Sequence record: MK250021.1
Reading direction: 5' to 3' (one strand)
DNA: 64,000 bases
The notes under the pieces were generated by a model, which did no database searches, was not told the DNA's origin, and saw only the letters and a list, made by a program, of their open reading frames with translations. Below are positions 20,765-32,466 of this stretch, piece after piece (the stretch's first letter is position 1; the number at the start of each line of letters is the position of its first letter). A program made the translations under genes and the position numbers.

Positions 20765-21547
20765 ATGTCAACATATTAGAAATATCCTTATAGTATACCA
20801 ACGTTTACTATTAGTACACCAGCAAGTTCAGATTTAGTTAATTCTGACGGTGAATATGTATATTTAGGATTTGAAGATGAAGACGGTAATTTTGTTGGAA
20901 ATAATTCAATATCAAGTACAACTTCATTAATAATGTCTCCAAATACTGGAGGCTCTATTATAACGTATTCAACAGATACTACAAAAACTGCATCAAGAAT
21001 ACATTATTCATTTTCATAGAATACATCTAATACTTATACTATTTCATATAATAATACAGATTTATTTAAGATTGTTACACACAGTACAAGCGCAACAAAA
21101 ACATATAATATATATTTAAGTTTAATAAATTTAAAAGATGTTAGTAGTTCTGATAACATTTCATATATATGTATATTTAAAAGCAATGTAGGTAATTTTC
21201 ATGTAACTGATATTAATAGATTTGAATTAATGCAGGTATCAGTTTATAATAATTATATATTTTTTGGATATTCTTCAGATTATACAATGATTTATGATAC
21301 TTATAATGATATGAACCTTACATATAAATCAGGAACTAATTTTAGTAAATCAACATATGGTAATTGTTATATTGTTGATATAACAAATGAAAAAGTTTAT
21401 ATAGATACAAATGGTTATACAACTGAATCTATTACATATACATCTACATATTATATCTTTAGGTATGATGCTGGATATATGCAATACGTTTCATCTTTTA
21501 ATATATATAATGATAATAATATCTATACATTAACAGTTACAACATAA
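20765..21547 (+). CDS. adhesin-like paralog 3 (260 aa, TAG=Gln)
   Basis: Starts MSTY(Q)KY, like paralog 2 MSTYKKY; related N-domain; in frame with track ORF 21230. Confidence 0.65.
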
Positions 21548-21597
21548 AAATAATATCATGAATAAATAATAAAAAGTTATTTTTTGATATTATTTAT

Positions 21598-22011
21598 ATG
21601 AAAAGACATTCTATTCCATTAAATATACTTGATGAATATGCAAAAACAATTTCATCAAAATAGGTAAAAATGCTTTATGAATCAAAATGCAATAAGAAAT
21701 NNNNNNNNNNNNNNNNNNNNNATATGAAATATCAAAATGATAAAAGTTATTCTATATATTTAAATGATTTCACTCTTGATGAAGCACATTCATCAGTAGA
21801 CAAAGCATTAGTACGTTATGTAAATAAATATAAACTTCAATTCAACAAGGTATCGGATGGAGTTTACTTCTATACACCACTTGAAGAGAATTATATTTCT
21901 TTACTTAAAAATCTTGTTCAAGATGGATTTGACATTGAACTCTTAAAGGAAAATGTAGATTCACAAAAAGCAACAGTTTATTTAGAAAAATTAAAGTTAA
22001 ATAAGAAATGA
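21598..22011 (+). CDS. hypothetical late protein(s); N gap may separate two genes
   Basis: ATG 21598 plus one TAG, in frame with track ORF 21670. Confidence 0.45.
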
Positions 22012-22715
22012 TTAAGATAAGAAGACGTAAACCTATTTTCGAGGACGATTAGAATACACAGCAATAGCAACAACCCGCAACAAATACTTAGCAACCAGCT
22101 ACATAGGTGCCAGCTGCACAACCATAGTAGAATACAACTGCTCCATAGCAACCAACAAATAATCAACAACCAAATCAAACGCAAGATTAGAATAATAATC
22201 AACAACCATATGATTAGAATAATCAACAACAATAGCAACAACCAAATCCTAATGCATAGAAAGTATAGGATACATTGAAACAAATGGAGAATACATGGTG
22301 GATGATTTCTGTTAACCTTCCTGATGAAATTCAAAAGAATATTCCTGATTTTAAACAAGGTAATCAACAAGCAGATCCAGCAATTAAAGCATGGAATGAT
22401 TTCAAACAAAATCCATCAGAAGATACATTTAAAAATTTCTTAAATGGATTTAAATCATTTGGCGGATTATCTGGTGATTAGAATGCTAATAATAATCAAC
22501 AACCATAGCAGAATAATGGAACAACAACTCAATAGCAACCTGCTAATAATACACAGCAACCTAATCAACAACCATAGCAGAATGTTAATGCAGGATTAAA
22601 AGCCGCATATTCATTCAGAAAGAATTTAATGGAAAATTTAGCTATTGCAAAATAGAAACAATATTATAATACAGTTTGTGAAGATTATTTTGATAAAAAT
22701 GAATTTACATTATAA
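22008..22715 (+). CDS. Gln/Asn/Pro-rich low-complexity protein (235 aa, TAG=Gln)
   Basis: TAG codons are interspersed among CAA/CAG in poly-Q tracts (e.g. cag caa tag caa caa); open to TAA 22713. Confidence 0.8.
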
Positions 22716-22720
22716 TTATT

Positions 22721-23482
22721 ATGAAGAAATATAAATATGTTTACAACACAAAAACTGGACATTTTATAAAGAAACTTAATGAGGATGATTCAAATGTAAA
22801 AACCGATACAAATCAAGATAATAATAACTCTAATAATTCAACGGATAGTAAAGATGATGCTTCTACTGGAAATACATCTTTTAAATCTGTTGAGTCTGAT
22901 GAAACAATTCAAGACCTTACTGCGAAAGCATAGGAAAATGAAAATAAGTTTCAACAAGACTTAAATACGCAATAGAAATTATTAGACGCAGCCAAAGCTA
23001 CTGCATCAAATAAAACACCAGCAGGACCATATGATCCTGTTATGACAGATTAGAATGTTTTGAATATCATGAAGAAAATAAATGATATGACAAAACAACA
23101 TGCAATAGATTAGGCAAATTTTCAGGATTAGAAATTAGCTTAGCTTTAGAAATTATCACAAACAAATGAATCATATTATAAAATTCCAGAGAAATATAAA
23201 TGGTTGAATGAATCAAATATTCACACAGCGAAAATCTATATGGGTAATCTTATTAAACCTGAAGAAGATGCTCCATTAAAAGGCATGGCTGATTTTAAGC
23301 GAGCGTTTAAAGATACTGACTTACTTTATGGAAAAGATAAGAACGGATACTTCGTTGTTTGTGTGGATTAGGAAGATTTTAATACTTTATATGACACTCT
23401 TGAAGAAAATTCTTATGTTAGAGACGAAATAATTGATACAGTTATGCCTTAGTTATTTGACAGACATGAAATGATCCAATAA
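22721..23482 (+). CDS. hypothetical late protein (253 aa, TAG=Gln)
   Basis: Open to TAA 23480 with TAG readthrough. Confidence 0.7.
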
Positions 23483-23506
23483 AAATAATTACATTAATAT
23501 AAATTT

Positions 23507-24286
23507 ATGCAATATATAAGAACCACAGAAGATTTAGATCAAGATTTAATTTTATATGGAACATATCTGTTATATAATCCAACGACAAATGTAACAAAGT
23601 TAAAAGTTTCAGAAAAACCTATATATATAGGATTAGATGATTTCGTTGAAGTATTAAATAGTCTTAAGAAGATTGCATCTGATTTAAAAATAGTTCCTAA
23701 TGAATATCCTGTATATCAATATATTCGTAGTAACAAATATAATGGTTCGACATGGAATATTGTTGCAGGTGTGGTTAATTCAGAGTTTAAAAAGATTGCA
23801 GATAAAGAATACTCAATGATTCCTAATATATAGAAGTTAATTCTTCCTAATAAGGAATATATTGATTTCCCACATTTTGCCGCTGTTTTCAATGGTCTCA
23901 TTAATAAGCATGGTGACCTTTGTGGATATTGTGGTGATATTGTTCAGTTCGCAAAAGATATAAAAGAAAATCCAATGGTTGAATTTCCATCTGGACATTT
24001 TGGAATCGAAGATTTAAGAACAGATATTGACGCTTATAATATATTTAAGATGAATAATAGCGATACGATAAATTCATTTAAATCTTATTATGAAAATATG
24101 TCTGATAAGAAACGATTTTCATTATTTTTAGAAGATCATCCAAATATACTTGATAGCTTTAATAATTCAACCGATAATTTTTATCTTAATATATTAAAGC
24201 AAACAACAGATAAAGATTTAACAGATGAACATATAAAATTAGCATGTTAGAAAATGCAATTATATTTAGAAAATAATAAAGGTTGA
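23507..24286 (+). CDS. hypothetical protein (259 aa, TAG=Gln), possible cell-wall-related domain
   Basis: Joins track ORFs 23507 and 23975; GDLCGYCGDIVQ...F..EDL.TD.DAYNI motif; TGA stop. Confidence 0.6.
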
Positions 24287-24311
24287 GAATAAACAAAATT
24301 CTCAACCTTTT
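24278..24311. terminator. bidirectional intrinsic terminator
   Basis: AAAGGTTGAGAAT/ATTCTCAACCTTT between convergent genes. Confidence 0.75.
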
Positions 24312-24317
24312 CTTTTA

Positions 24318-24965
24318 TTATAAGCTTTCTATATATTTCTTTATTCCTTCTACATGAATATCAATTATAGTATTCCTGCCTTCGTTACTCAATAGCCAGG
24401 AAGCATCTTCCTTGTTGTCCATAAACATATTCTCTGTTAAACATGCTGGACAATTTGTTTTACTTAATACATAGTAATTTGCTTCTTGATCAGGATCACC
24501 ATCTGAATAATCAGGTCGAAGTTTCTTTCCTAATGGTGTTAGTTTTTCTTCTGCTACTTTATATAATGCAGTTGCTAATTTATCACCTTCTGTTTGACCT
24601 TTACTTGTATATACAGACCATCCTTGTGCTTTATACCACTCACCATTTCCAGCTGCATTTACATGAATAGAAATAAAAATAGCTTTATTTCCAGATTTCT
24701 TTTCTTCTGCATATTTTGCATTAGCACGTTGAACGCGAAGACTTAAATCATGAGACTGACTTGTAATCTCTTCAACTTCAGGATGAACAATATAACATCT
24801 ATAACCTTCAGAAATTAATTTATTATAAACTTCATATCCTATTGCGCGAACATATGCATATTCTTTTAATTTAGTCTATGCATTATCAAACACCGGACTG
24901 GATTTGCCAGGTGTATTTTGTCCGTGACCCATATCAAGCATTACTAAAACTTTACTCTTTTCCAT
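24318..24965 (-). CDS. N-acetylmuramoyl-L-alanine amidase (Amidase_3), probable endolysin; one TAG at codon 30; absent from the ORF track
   Basis: MEKSKVLVMLDMGHGQNTPGKSSP...(Q)TKLKEY...LSLRVQRAN...FISIHVNAAG...GWSVYTS...YVLSKT.CPACLTENMFMDN; Zn ligands H, E, H and the catalytic E are present. Confidence 0.93.
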
Positions 24966-24967
24966 AA

Positions 24968-26431
24968 TCAATAACTTTTATCATATAATTTAAATGTATC
25001 TACTGCTAATTCTTTCAAACAATTATTACTTAAACATACTCCATCATTTCCAGCCGTAGGCGCTAAGAAATTCTTCCATTTGTCTGAAATACTCTTATTT
25101 ACCTTAATTGTTTTCCTATTGCGTTTACCTTGTTTAATTTCATCTTTACATCTCTATAAAGTAGAATTAAGATTATCATATATTTTTTGAATATCTTCCT
25201 TATCCAATATATAAACGATATAATCAATATTACTAGTTCCTATATATCTTGGAAATAATACATATTTTATATTATCATCTGATAATATATCCATTCCGCC
25301 TTTACGAGATATAGGAATTCTGAAATTATCTTCACTTGTACTCTTACGTTCAACAACAGCAAGCTCAAATTTTGCAGGATAATTTGGAACATTTGTTCTA
25401 TTAGCAATATAAAAATCTCTACTACCAATACGCCTAGATGGTTCTCTTAATGATGCATACCCAAATTTATTTTTTAATACACCCTATATTCTCTATTTTA
25501 AATGAGAAGACGGATTATTATGCCCATAATCATATCTATCTTCATTAAGTGATTTCTTCACGCTAACTGCAATGGATTCAATTAAAGATTTATATAGTTC
25601 TTTTTTATTATTCATATTTTCAGTTAACTATAATTTTGATAACATATTTATTATTCGTTTATCAATGACAGCATACTAATCTATATCATCTACCATATCT
25701 GCATTTTCTATAATAGCTTTAAAAAATTCGTTGTTAACCTTATTATACATATAAAATGGAACATTATCTATATAACATGTACTTGTATTAAACAATACAT
25801 ATTTAAATTGCTTAATTAACTATTTAAATAATTCAACCAAACATTTTTCGTTTTCAAACTAACATTGTCTAATATAAACATTATTTGCTAATTGACTTAA
25901 TCCCTAATTTACAATCTAAGGAAAATTCTAAACAAATTTTAAAGTTAATTTATCATCTGTACTAGTTATCTATCTTTTATTTGATGTCTATATAACAAAT
26001 CTTTTTCTTTTATCTTTTAATTCAAATATGATCTTATCTGTTATCATATTATATTCATTAAACAACATATTAGCAAATGGTATCGCACATGCATCATCAT
26101 CTACAATTATATCATTATTTTCATACTATGCAGGATAAACCTATATGTAATTCAAATGTGTAAATGAATCATTAAAACTGAATAAGCATGACAACATATT
26201 ATATGTATACGGTAATATATCACCTTCACGTGTTTTATACTAACCTGAACAATGCTAAGGTTCATCATCTAATATTAATAAATAATGATCCTATACAACA
26301 GGAAACTAATATCTTTCTGTACCTAATTTCTTTATTAGTAACTATCCTATTTCTATAGGTACTGTTGTTCTCATTATAGAATTTGTTAATTCAATATTAT
26401 TACCAAAATCTATGTCATTAAATAAACCCAT
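24968..26431 (-). CDS. hypothetical late protein (487 aa, many TAG=Gln); possible internal start at 25615
   Basis: No TAA/TGA in frame from ATG 26431 to TGA 24968. Confidence 0.65.
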
Positions 26432-26462
26432 TAAATATAAAATAACTATTTATTGTATTTAT

Positions 26463-26804
26463 TTAAAATGGTAATTCTTCACTAGGATCTTGCTGATAGA
26501 ATGGAAGACAATTATTTCCGTAATGTTTCTTGAAATACTTTTTCTGAATCTTTTTTTCTTCACGTGATTGTCTCATTGATTCCCTCGATACTGTGAAACT
26601 TGGACAATTTTCACAAATACCATACATATATTCATGTCTCTCGTTCTCTATATCATCATATGTTCTATTAGTAAAATGAGGTTGACGAGCACAATGGAAC
26701 CATGAAATAAACATAGGATATGGATCATCAGTTACCATATCATCATAAGATTTATCATGCGTACACTGACACATACAATATTTCTTTCTTAATCTACTTT
26801 TCAT
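26463..26804 (-). CDS. hypothetical Cys-containing protein
   Basis: 113-aa ORF with upstream TAAACA-N17-TATAAA on the minus strand. Confidence 0.7.
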   Translation of the reverse strand: MKSRLRKKYCMCQCTHDKSYDDMVTDDPYPMFISWFHCARQPHFTNRTYDDIENERHEYMYGICENCPSFTVSRESMRQSREEKKIQKKYFKKHYGNNCLPFYQQDPSEELPF

Positions 26805-26920
26805 ATTTGTTAAATTTTAAACCATTATTATATAGTTTATATAATAATGTATAACTAATGTTTACTAAACTTTATTTTTATAATTAAATACAATAATTAT
26901 AAAATATTTTATTTATAGTT

Positions 26921-28057
26921 ATGACAGATATAGAATGTTTAGAATTTTATAATAAAAATATTAAATACAAACGATTTCATAAGAATTATTTAATTAAGAT
27001 ATATCCTGAATTTATGAAATATATACAAAATAGATTTTCGAATTTATCTGGTGATGAATCAGTTAAAGAATTAATATATAGAATAAAATATAAATTAGTA
27101 GAAAAACCTAAATGTCCTATTTGTGGTAAATTACTTAAATTTATTAATATTAAAAATAAATACCAAACATTTTGTTCAAGAAAATGTCAATTTTCTGATG
27201 AAGGACAATAGATACAATCTCAACTTAGATTTAATACAAAATTAAAGCGCTATGGAAATGGCACGTTCACAAATAGTGATAAAGCAAAGANNNNNNNNNN
27301 NNNNNNNNNNNNAGTTACAAATGTCGGAGCTGTAAAAGAAGTAAGAGATAAAGTAAAAGAAACATGTTTAAAGAAATTTGGTGTAGATAATCCCATTAAA
27401 AATAAAAATATAAAAGATAAAGTTAAGCAAACATGTTTAATGAAATTTGGTAGTGAAACGCCATTTGAATCAAATGATATATAGAAGAAAGTAAAACAAA
27501 CATGTATAGAAAAGTATGGTGTAAAAAATATAATGCAACTTGAAGAAACGAAAGAAAAAATTAAGCAAACATGTTTAATGAAATATGGTGTAGAATATCC
27601 TATGCAATATAAAGATATAATGTTAAAATCTTTTAAAACATGCTGGCAATTAAAAAAAGGAAATAGAAGNNNNNNNNNNNNNNNNNNNNNNNNNNNNNNN
27701 NNNNNTACATTTATAGATAAAGATACAAAAAGACAATATTATTCAGAATTATATCCCTTTCATTGTGACTTTTATTTACCAAAATATGATCTATATATAG
27801 AATATAATGGAACATGGACACATGGGAAACATCCATATAACAAAGATAATGAAGATGATATAGAATTACTCAATAAATGGAAAATTAAAGCAGAAAATAG
27901 TACATTTTATAAAAATGCAATTAAAAATTGGACTGTTAGAGATCCATTAAAAAGGCAAACAGCAAAATATAATAATTTAAATTATTTAGAAATATTTTAT
28001 AATGATGATTATAAAACATATATATCTAATTATATAAATAGAATAAATGCTAAATAA
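26921..28057 (+). mobile_element. free-standing putative homing endonuclease (Zn finger, TCxxK(Y/F)GV repeats, PD-(D/E)xK-like C-terminal domain), 2 visible TAG
   Basis: CPICG...CS.KC, four TC..K(Y/F)G repeats, PFHCDFYLPKYDLYIEYNGTWTHG; frame is preserved across the N gaps. Confidence 0.75.
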
Positions 28058-28066
28058 TTTAATTAT

Positions 28067-30229
28067 ATGGCAAGACGAAGTTCAACTATTAGAGATATTA
28101 GGGCAAACGCATTAGATAAGTAGTCAGAAAGTGTAAAAATGTCAACTGTCTATACAACTGCAAAAATTAATTAGATATTAGACGATATAAAGAAAGGTAA
28201 AAAACCAGATCTCAACCCATTTTATCATGGTAAAAAAGATTTGAGAGATTCAGGAATTACTTTTGAACGAACAGAAGAGGAAGATGAAGAATATAAAAAA
28301 TGTGCAATGAATTGTATATATTTTGTTTCTAAATATGTGAAGTTTAGAAACGATAAAGGATTTACATTAGTTAAATTAAGAGATTATCAAGAAGATGTTC
28401 TTCATCTTTTTTCTGATGAAATATGGGATGAGTCTTTACAAGATGTCCGTATGAAAAACCGTAGGGTAATCCTCCTGTAGGCACGTCAAACGGCTAAATC
28501 CACAACTTGTGTTGCGTATTTTGTGTGGTATTTGATTTTCCATGCAGACCGTAACTTGATGATCACAGCTAATAAAGAATCAACAACTAAAGAGATCCTT
28601 AAAAAATGTATGGATGTATTCAAAGCATTGCCATATTTCTTAAAACCTGGTATTGAAGAATATAGTAAAACCACATTAAGAACTGAAAATGGTTGTTCGC
28701 TTCGCGCAGTTGCAACTACAGGTGATTCAGCAACAGGTGATTCAATAAATATTTTGCTCATAGATGAATGTGCGTTGATATCACAAAATATAATTAAAGA
28801 ATTCTGGGGTTCTGTATATCCAACTATGTCAAATTTCCAATAGTCTTAGATTATAGTGTTGTCAACACCACGTGGAAGAACAGGACTTTATTATGAGTTA
28901 TGGGAAGGTGCGTAGAACGGAAAGAATGGATTTGTATCTAAACGCGTGGACTGGTGGCAAGTACCTGGACGTGATGAGAAATGGAAATAGGATTAGATTT
29001 CTGTATTCGGACAGGATCTTTGGGAACGTGAGTTTGAATTATCGTTTGATACTAATGAGTCAAGACTTCTTTCTAAAACAGCATTAGAAAAAATAGATCA
29101 TATAAAGAGAAAATTTGAACATGTAGATATATATGGTGTTCCTAAGAGAGTGTCTGATAAGATATATTGGGATCCTGAATTTCATCCTGATTAGTTAACA
29201 TATGAAGATAAGATATAGAGACGATTTGTATGTATAATTGATACAGCAGAAGGTAAAGAAGCTGGTGAATATGGTAAGGAAGACGCGGATTATAATGTCA
29301 TGAATATATTTGAAATGAAATTATTAGATCCTGAAACCATATTGAAGAATCGATTAGGTTATAAAGCGGTTACATATATGAATTGTATATGTTTAGAATA
29401 GGTAGGAATTTATATTGATAATAATTTCGATGAAGAAGCATGCGCAGAAGCAGCGCAACATATAGCATTTGACGTATTCAGTAACGGTGGTGGTTATCAA
29501 GGTGAAATTGATAACATGAGAATATTGTTTGAGAAAAATTTCAATGGTAAGAATTTTTTAAAGACATTTGCAAAGCATGATTAGTATTATGAAACCATTA
29601 TATAGGGATTCTTAACAACAGGTGGAAATCACGGTAAGAAATATTTCTGCGAGTTAGGTTCCAAACTTATAGATTTAGGATAGATTATAGTTAAGTAGGA
29701 TCATGAAATTCCCGTTATGTCAACAGTTGAATAGTTGAAATCATTTGGTAAAGTTAAGAATAGTTATGCAGGTTTATCAATGCATGATGATATTGCAGTT
29801 ACAGTATTATTTGCGAGTAGATTTTTTGATGATGATGCTAATTTTGAATGGTTAGATGAATGGTTTAGTCAACTTCCTAATTATAATTATTCAACGATGG
29901 AAGAGAGAAATAAAGTTAATACTATATTGAATTATCTTCAAATATATGAATATACGAATGAAGATGATGATTAGGAATCATAGAATTATGCAGAATTATC
30001 TAATATTGCTACTTCAGGATTTGGACAGATTACACAGCAGGCATAGGGAACTTATGGTTCATTGATGCATGGACAAAATACATCAAATCCTTATTAGAAT
30101 ATGAATAATAATTATCCTATGATGAATGGTAATAATTATTATCAGTAGAATAACATGCAACCACAATATTCTGGTACATATTCAAGTCTTAGAAATAATA
30201 TTACAAATTCTAGATTTATTCGCAGATAA
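28067..30229 (+). CDS. terL: terminase large subunit, T4 gp17-like (720 aa, about 21 TAG=Gln)
   Basis: LRDYQ (Q motif), (Q)ARQTAKST Walker A, LLIDECA Walker B, STPRG coupling motif, VDWWQVPGRDE.W, IDTAEG and HDD nuclease motifs, all in one frame only if TAG is sense. Confidence 0.95.
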
Positions 30230-30259
30230 AAATAAATAATTAAAATACATTTATTTTTA

Positions 30260-31774
30260 ATGGATAGAAAATTATATAAATCATTAATAGAAGGAATATC
30301 TTAGTCATTGAAGGAAAGTTTGTTTGATGATGAGACTGATGAACTTTTGAATAATGGTGATAATTATGATAATGTTAGTTTAATGGATGATGAGTTAAAG
30401 GAACTTATATTAAATTCATTATGTACAATAGATGATTACCATATTGTAAAATCAGATGAAAATGATGGTTTACCAATGATTAAATAGGATCCTGAAAATA
30501 CATTAAGATATTATATCGCTCCATATAGAACATATAAAACTGAAGGACTTGGACCAAGGAAGAGAAAACGATATACGTTAAATTATTTTTACAGATATAT
30601 ATTAACATTTGATAATAATGGTGGAATGACATTAGATATAACAAAATTTGGAGATAAACCAAACTTTATTATTAATCTTCCATTATATAAATTTATTTGT
30701 AAAACACCATATACAATAAATGAGATAAAGCATCATTATCCATATAATGAATATAAAGAATACGCAGAACATCAATGGGAAAAGATTTGGATATTTGAAG
30801 GAACACCGTATGGAAGTCAAAAACATATACCTAATAGTTTTGTTAAGAATTTTCCAGAAATTATATCTCCTACTTTTTCTGATGAATTTAAAGATGATAT
30901 GAATCCATCCACCAAATCTGTTATATCTAGGAATTGGTTTAAATCAGATGAAATGTTTTTATTATTCATTAAAAAGTTAGTTAATAATCAGGCATGTATT
31001 GCAGATGAAAATTTCTTTGTTTATAATTAGAATACTATAGATGAAAGAGAAAAAGAAATTTTATCTGGTGATTAGGATAAACAAATAGCTAATGAAAATG
31101 ATGAAAAATTAAATTTCAGTAGGGATGTACTCGGCGAAAAATATTATCAAAAATTCTAGCAAATTTAGCAATATTTTTAGCAAAATAATACAAAATTTTA
31201 CTTAAAAACTATAAATACTTTAAGAACATGTAAAATTTGCTTAAAAGATACTATTCTTAATTTAAGGAAAGAAAACGGTTTTATATTTGATGATATTGAT
31301 AATGTAGAAGAACCAAATAGAATAGAACCATTCTTCGAAAAACAACTTTTATATAAAATGTTTTATATAATGAAATCATAGAAACTAAATGATTGGAAAG
31401 TCGATTAGACATATGATGATTGTATTCATGGTGTTGCTAAATCATTTAATTTCTATACAACAACCACAAGTTATTATGATTTAAATTCATTACCTATAAA
31501 GTTTGATAGTGATGATGCAATATATAAATTATATTATGTAATAGGTAAGGCAATAGCAGACAGTAAATCTATATATGATATTGGTTTAAAAGAATTTGAA
31601 AAATATTATTATAAAGATGATATAACATTAGGTCCAACAGAAGTATTAAGATCTTAGGATATAGAGAAAGCGAATAATACATCTTTTGATATACATAATT
31701 TTGATTATACATATTTAACAAATTAGTTAAAAACTATTATTGATAAAACATGTAAAAAATATAAACTAAAGTAA
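30260..31774 (+). CDS. hypothetical late protein (504 aa, TAG=Gln)
   Basis: Open to TAA 31772; N-terminus MDRKLYKSLIEGIS(Q)SLKE. Confidence 0.7.
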
Positions 31775-31785
31775 TTTAATAAATT

Positions 31786-32379
31786 ATGAGGATAACTACA
31801 TTAGAACAATTAAAAGAATATACCACATATACATATTTTAAAAATAATGATCCTGAATATACAAAAAAGAAAAAGGTATATATATGTCAACCTGTTAATT
31901 ATATAGATGAAGGTTTGAAACATATGGATATATGGTCTGGATATATTTTCTATAAGACTAATGCAAATTCTCGTAAAGTCGGTTTTTATGGATTTATGTT
32001 AGATATTGATAATGATCCTACATATAAAAAGAAAACGAAAGGTCAACCTGAATATATGCGAAAATTATCACCTATGTGGTATGTTAATAAAACTTTATAT
32101 AAAACACAAAGTGAAGAAAATGTTAAGTTGTTTCCAGATTTAAAATTAGAAGAAAATTTTTTAATCGAGAAAAATAAAGCTATATTTACATTAAAGAAAG
32201 AAGCAGAACAATATATAAAGGATATTAAAAACAACATTATTAAATTACCTGAGGTTGAACATATAGTTACGATGAAAACATGGTATAAAGATAAAGACGG
32301 TAATAAGATAGAAGAAACTTCTGTAAAACATTTGCCAAGTGGTAGAACTGATGTAACAAGAAAAATAGTTAAAGAATAA
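31786..32379 (+). CDS. hypothetical protein
   Basis: 197-aa ORF followed by a hairpin at 32387-32420. Confidence 0.7.
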   Translation: MRITTLEQLKEYTTYTYFKNNDPEYTKKKKVYICQPVNYIDEGLKHMDIWSGYIFYKTNANSRKVGFYGFMLDIDNDPTYKKKTKGQPEYMRKLSPMWYVNKTLYKTQSEENVKLFPDLKLEENFLIEKNKAIFTLKKEAEQYIKDIKNNIIKLPEVEHIVTMKTWYKDKDGNKIEETSVKHLPSGRTDVTRKIVKE

Positions 32380-32466
32380 TATAAATAAAAGTCTTCATAT
32401 TAGTTTATGAAGACTTTTTCTTTTTTATGACTATATAAATGTTAATTAACTATAATTTAATAATAG

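Noticed and set aside
18471-21547. Diversity-generating retroelement acting on the adhesin genes
   Set aside because: No reverse transcriptase and no near-identical template/variable repeat pair with A-specific mismatches seen in this window.
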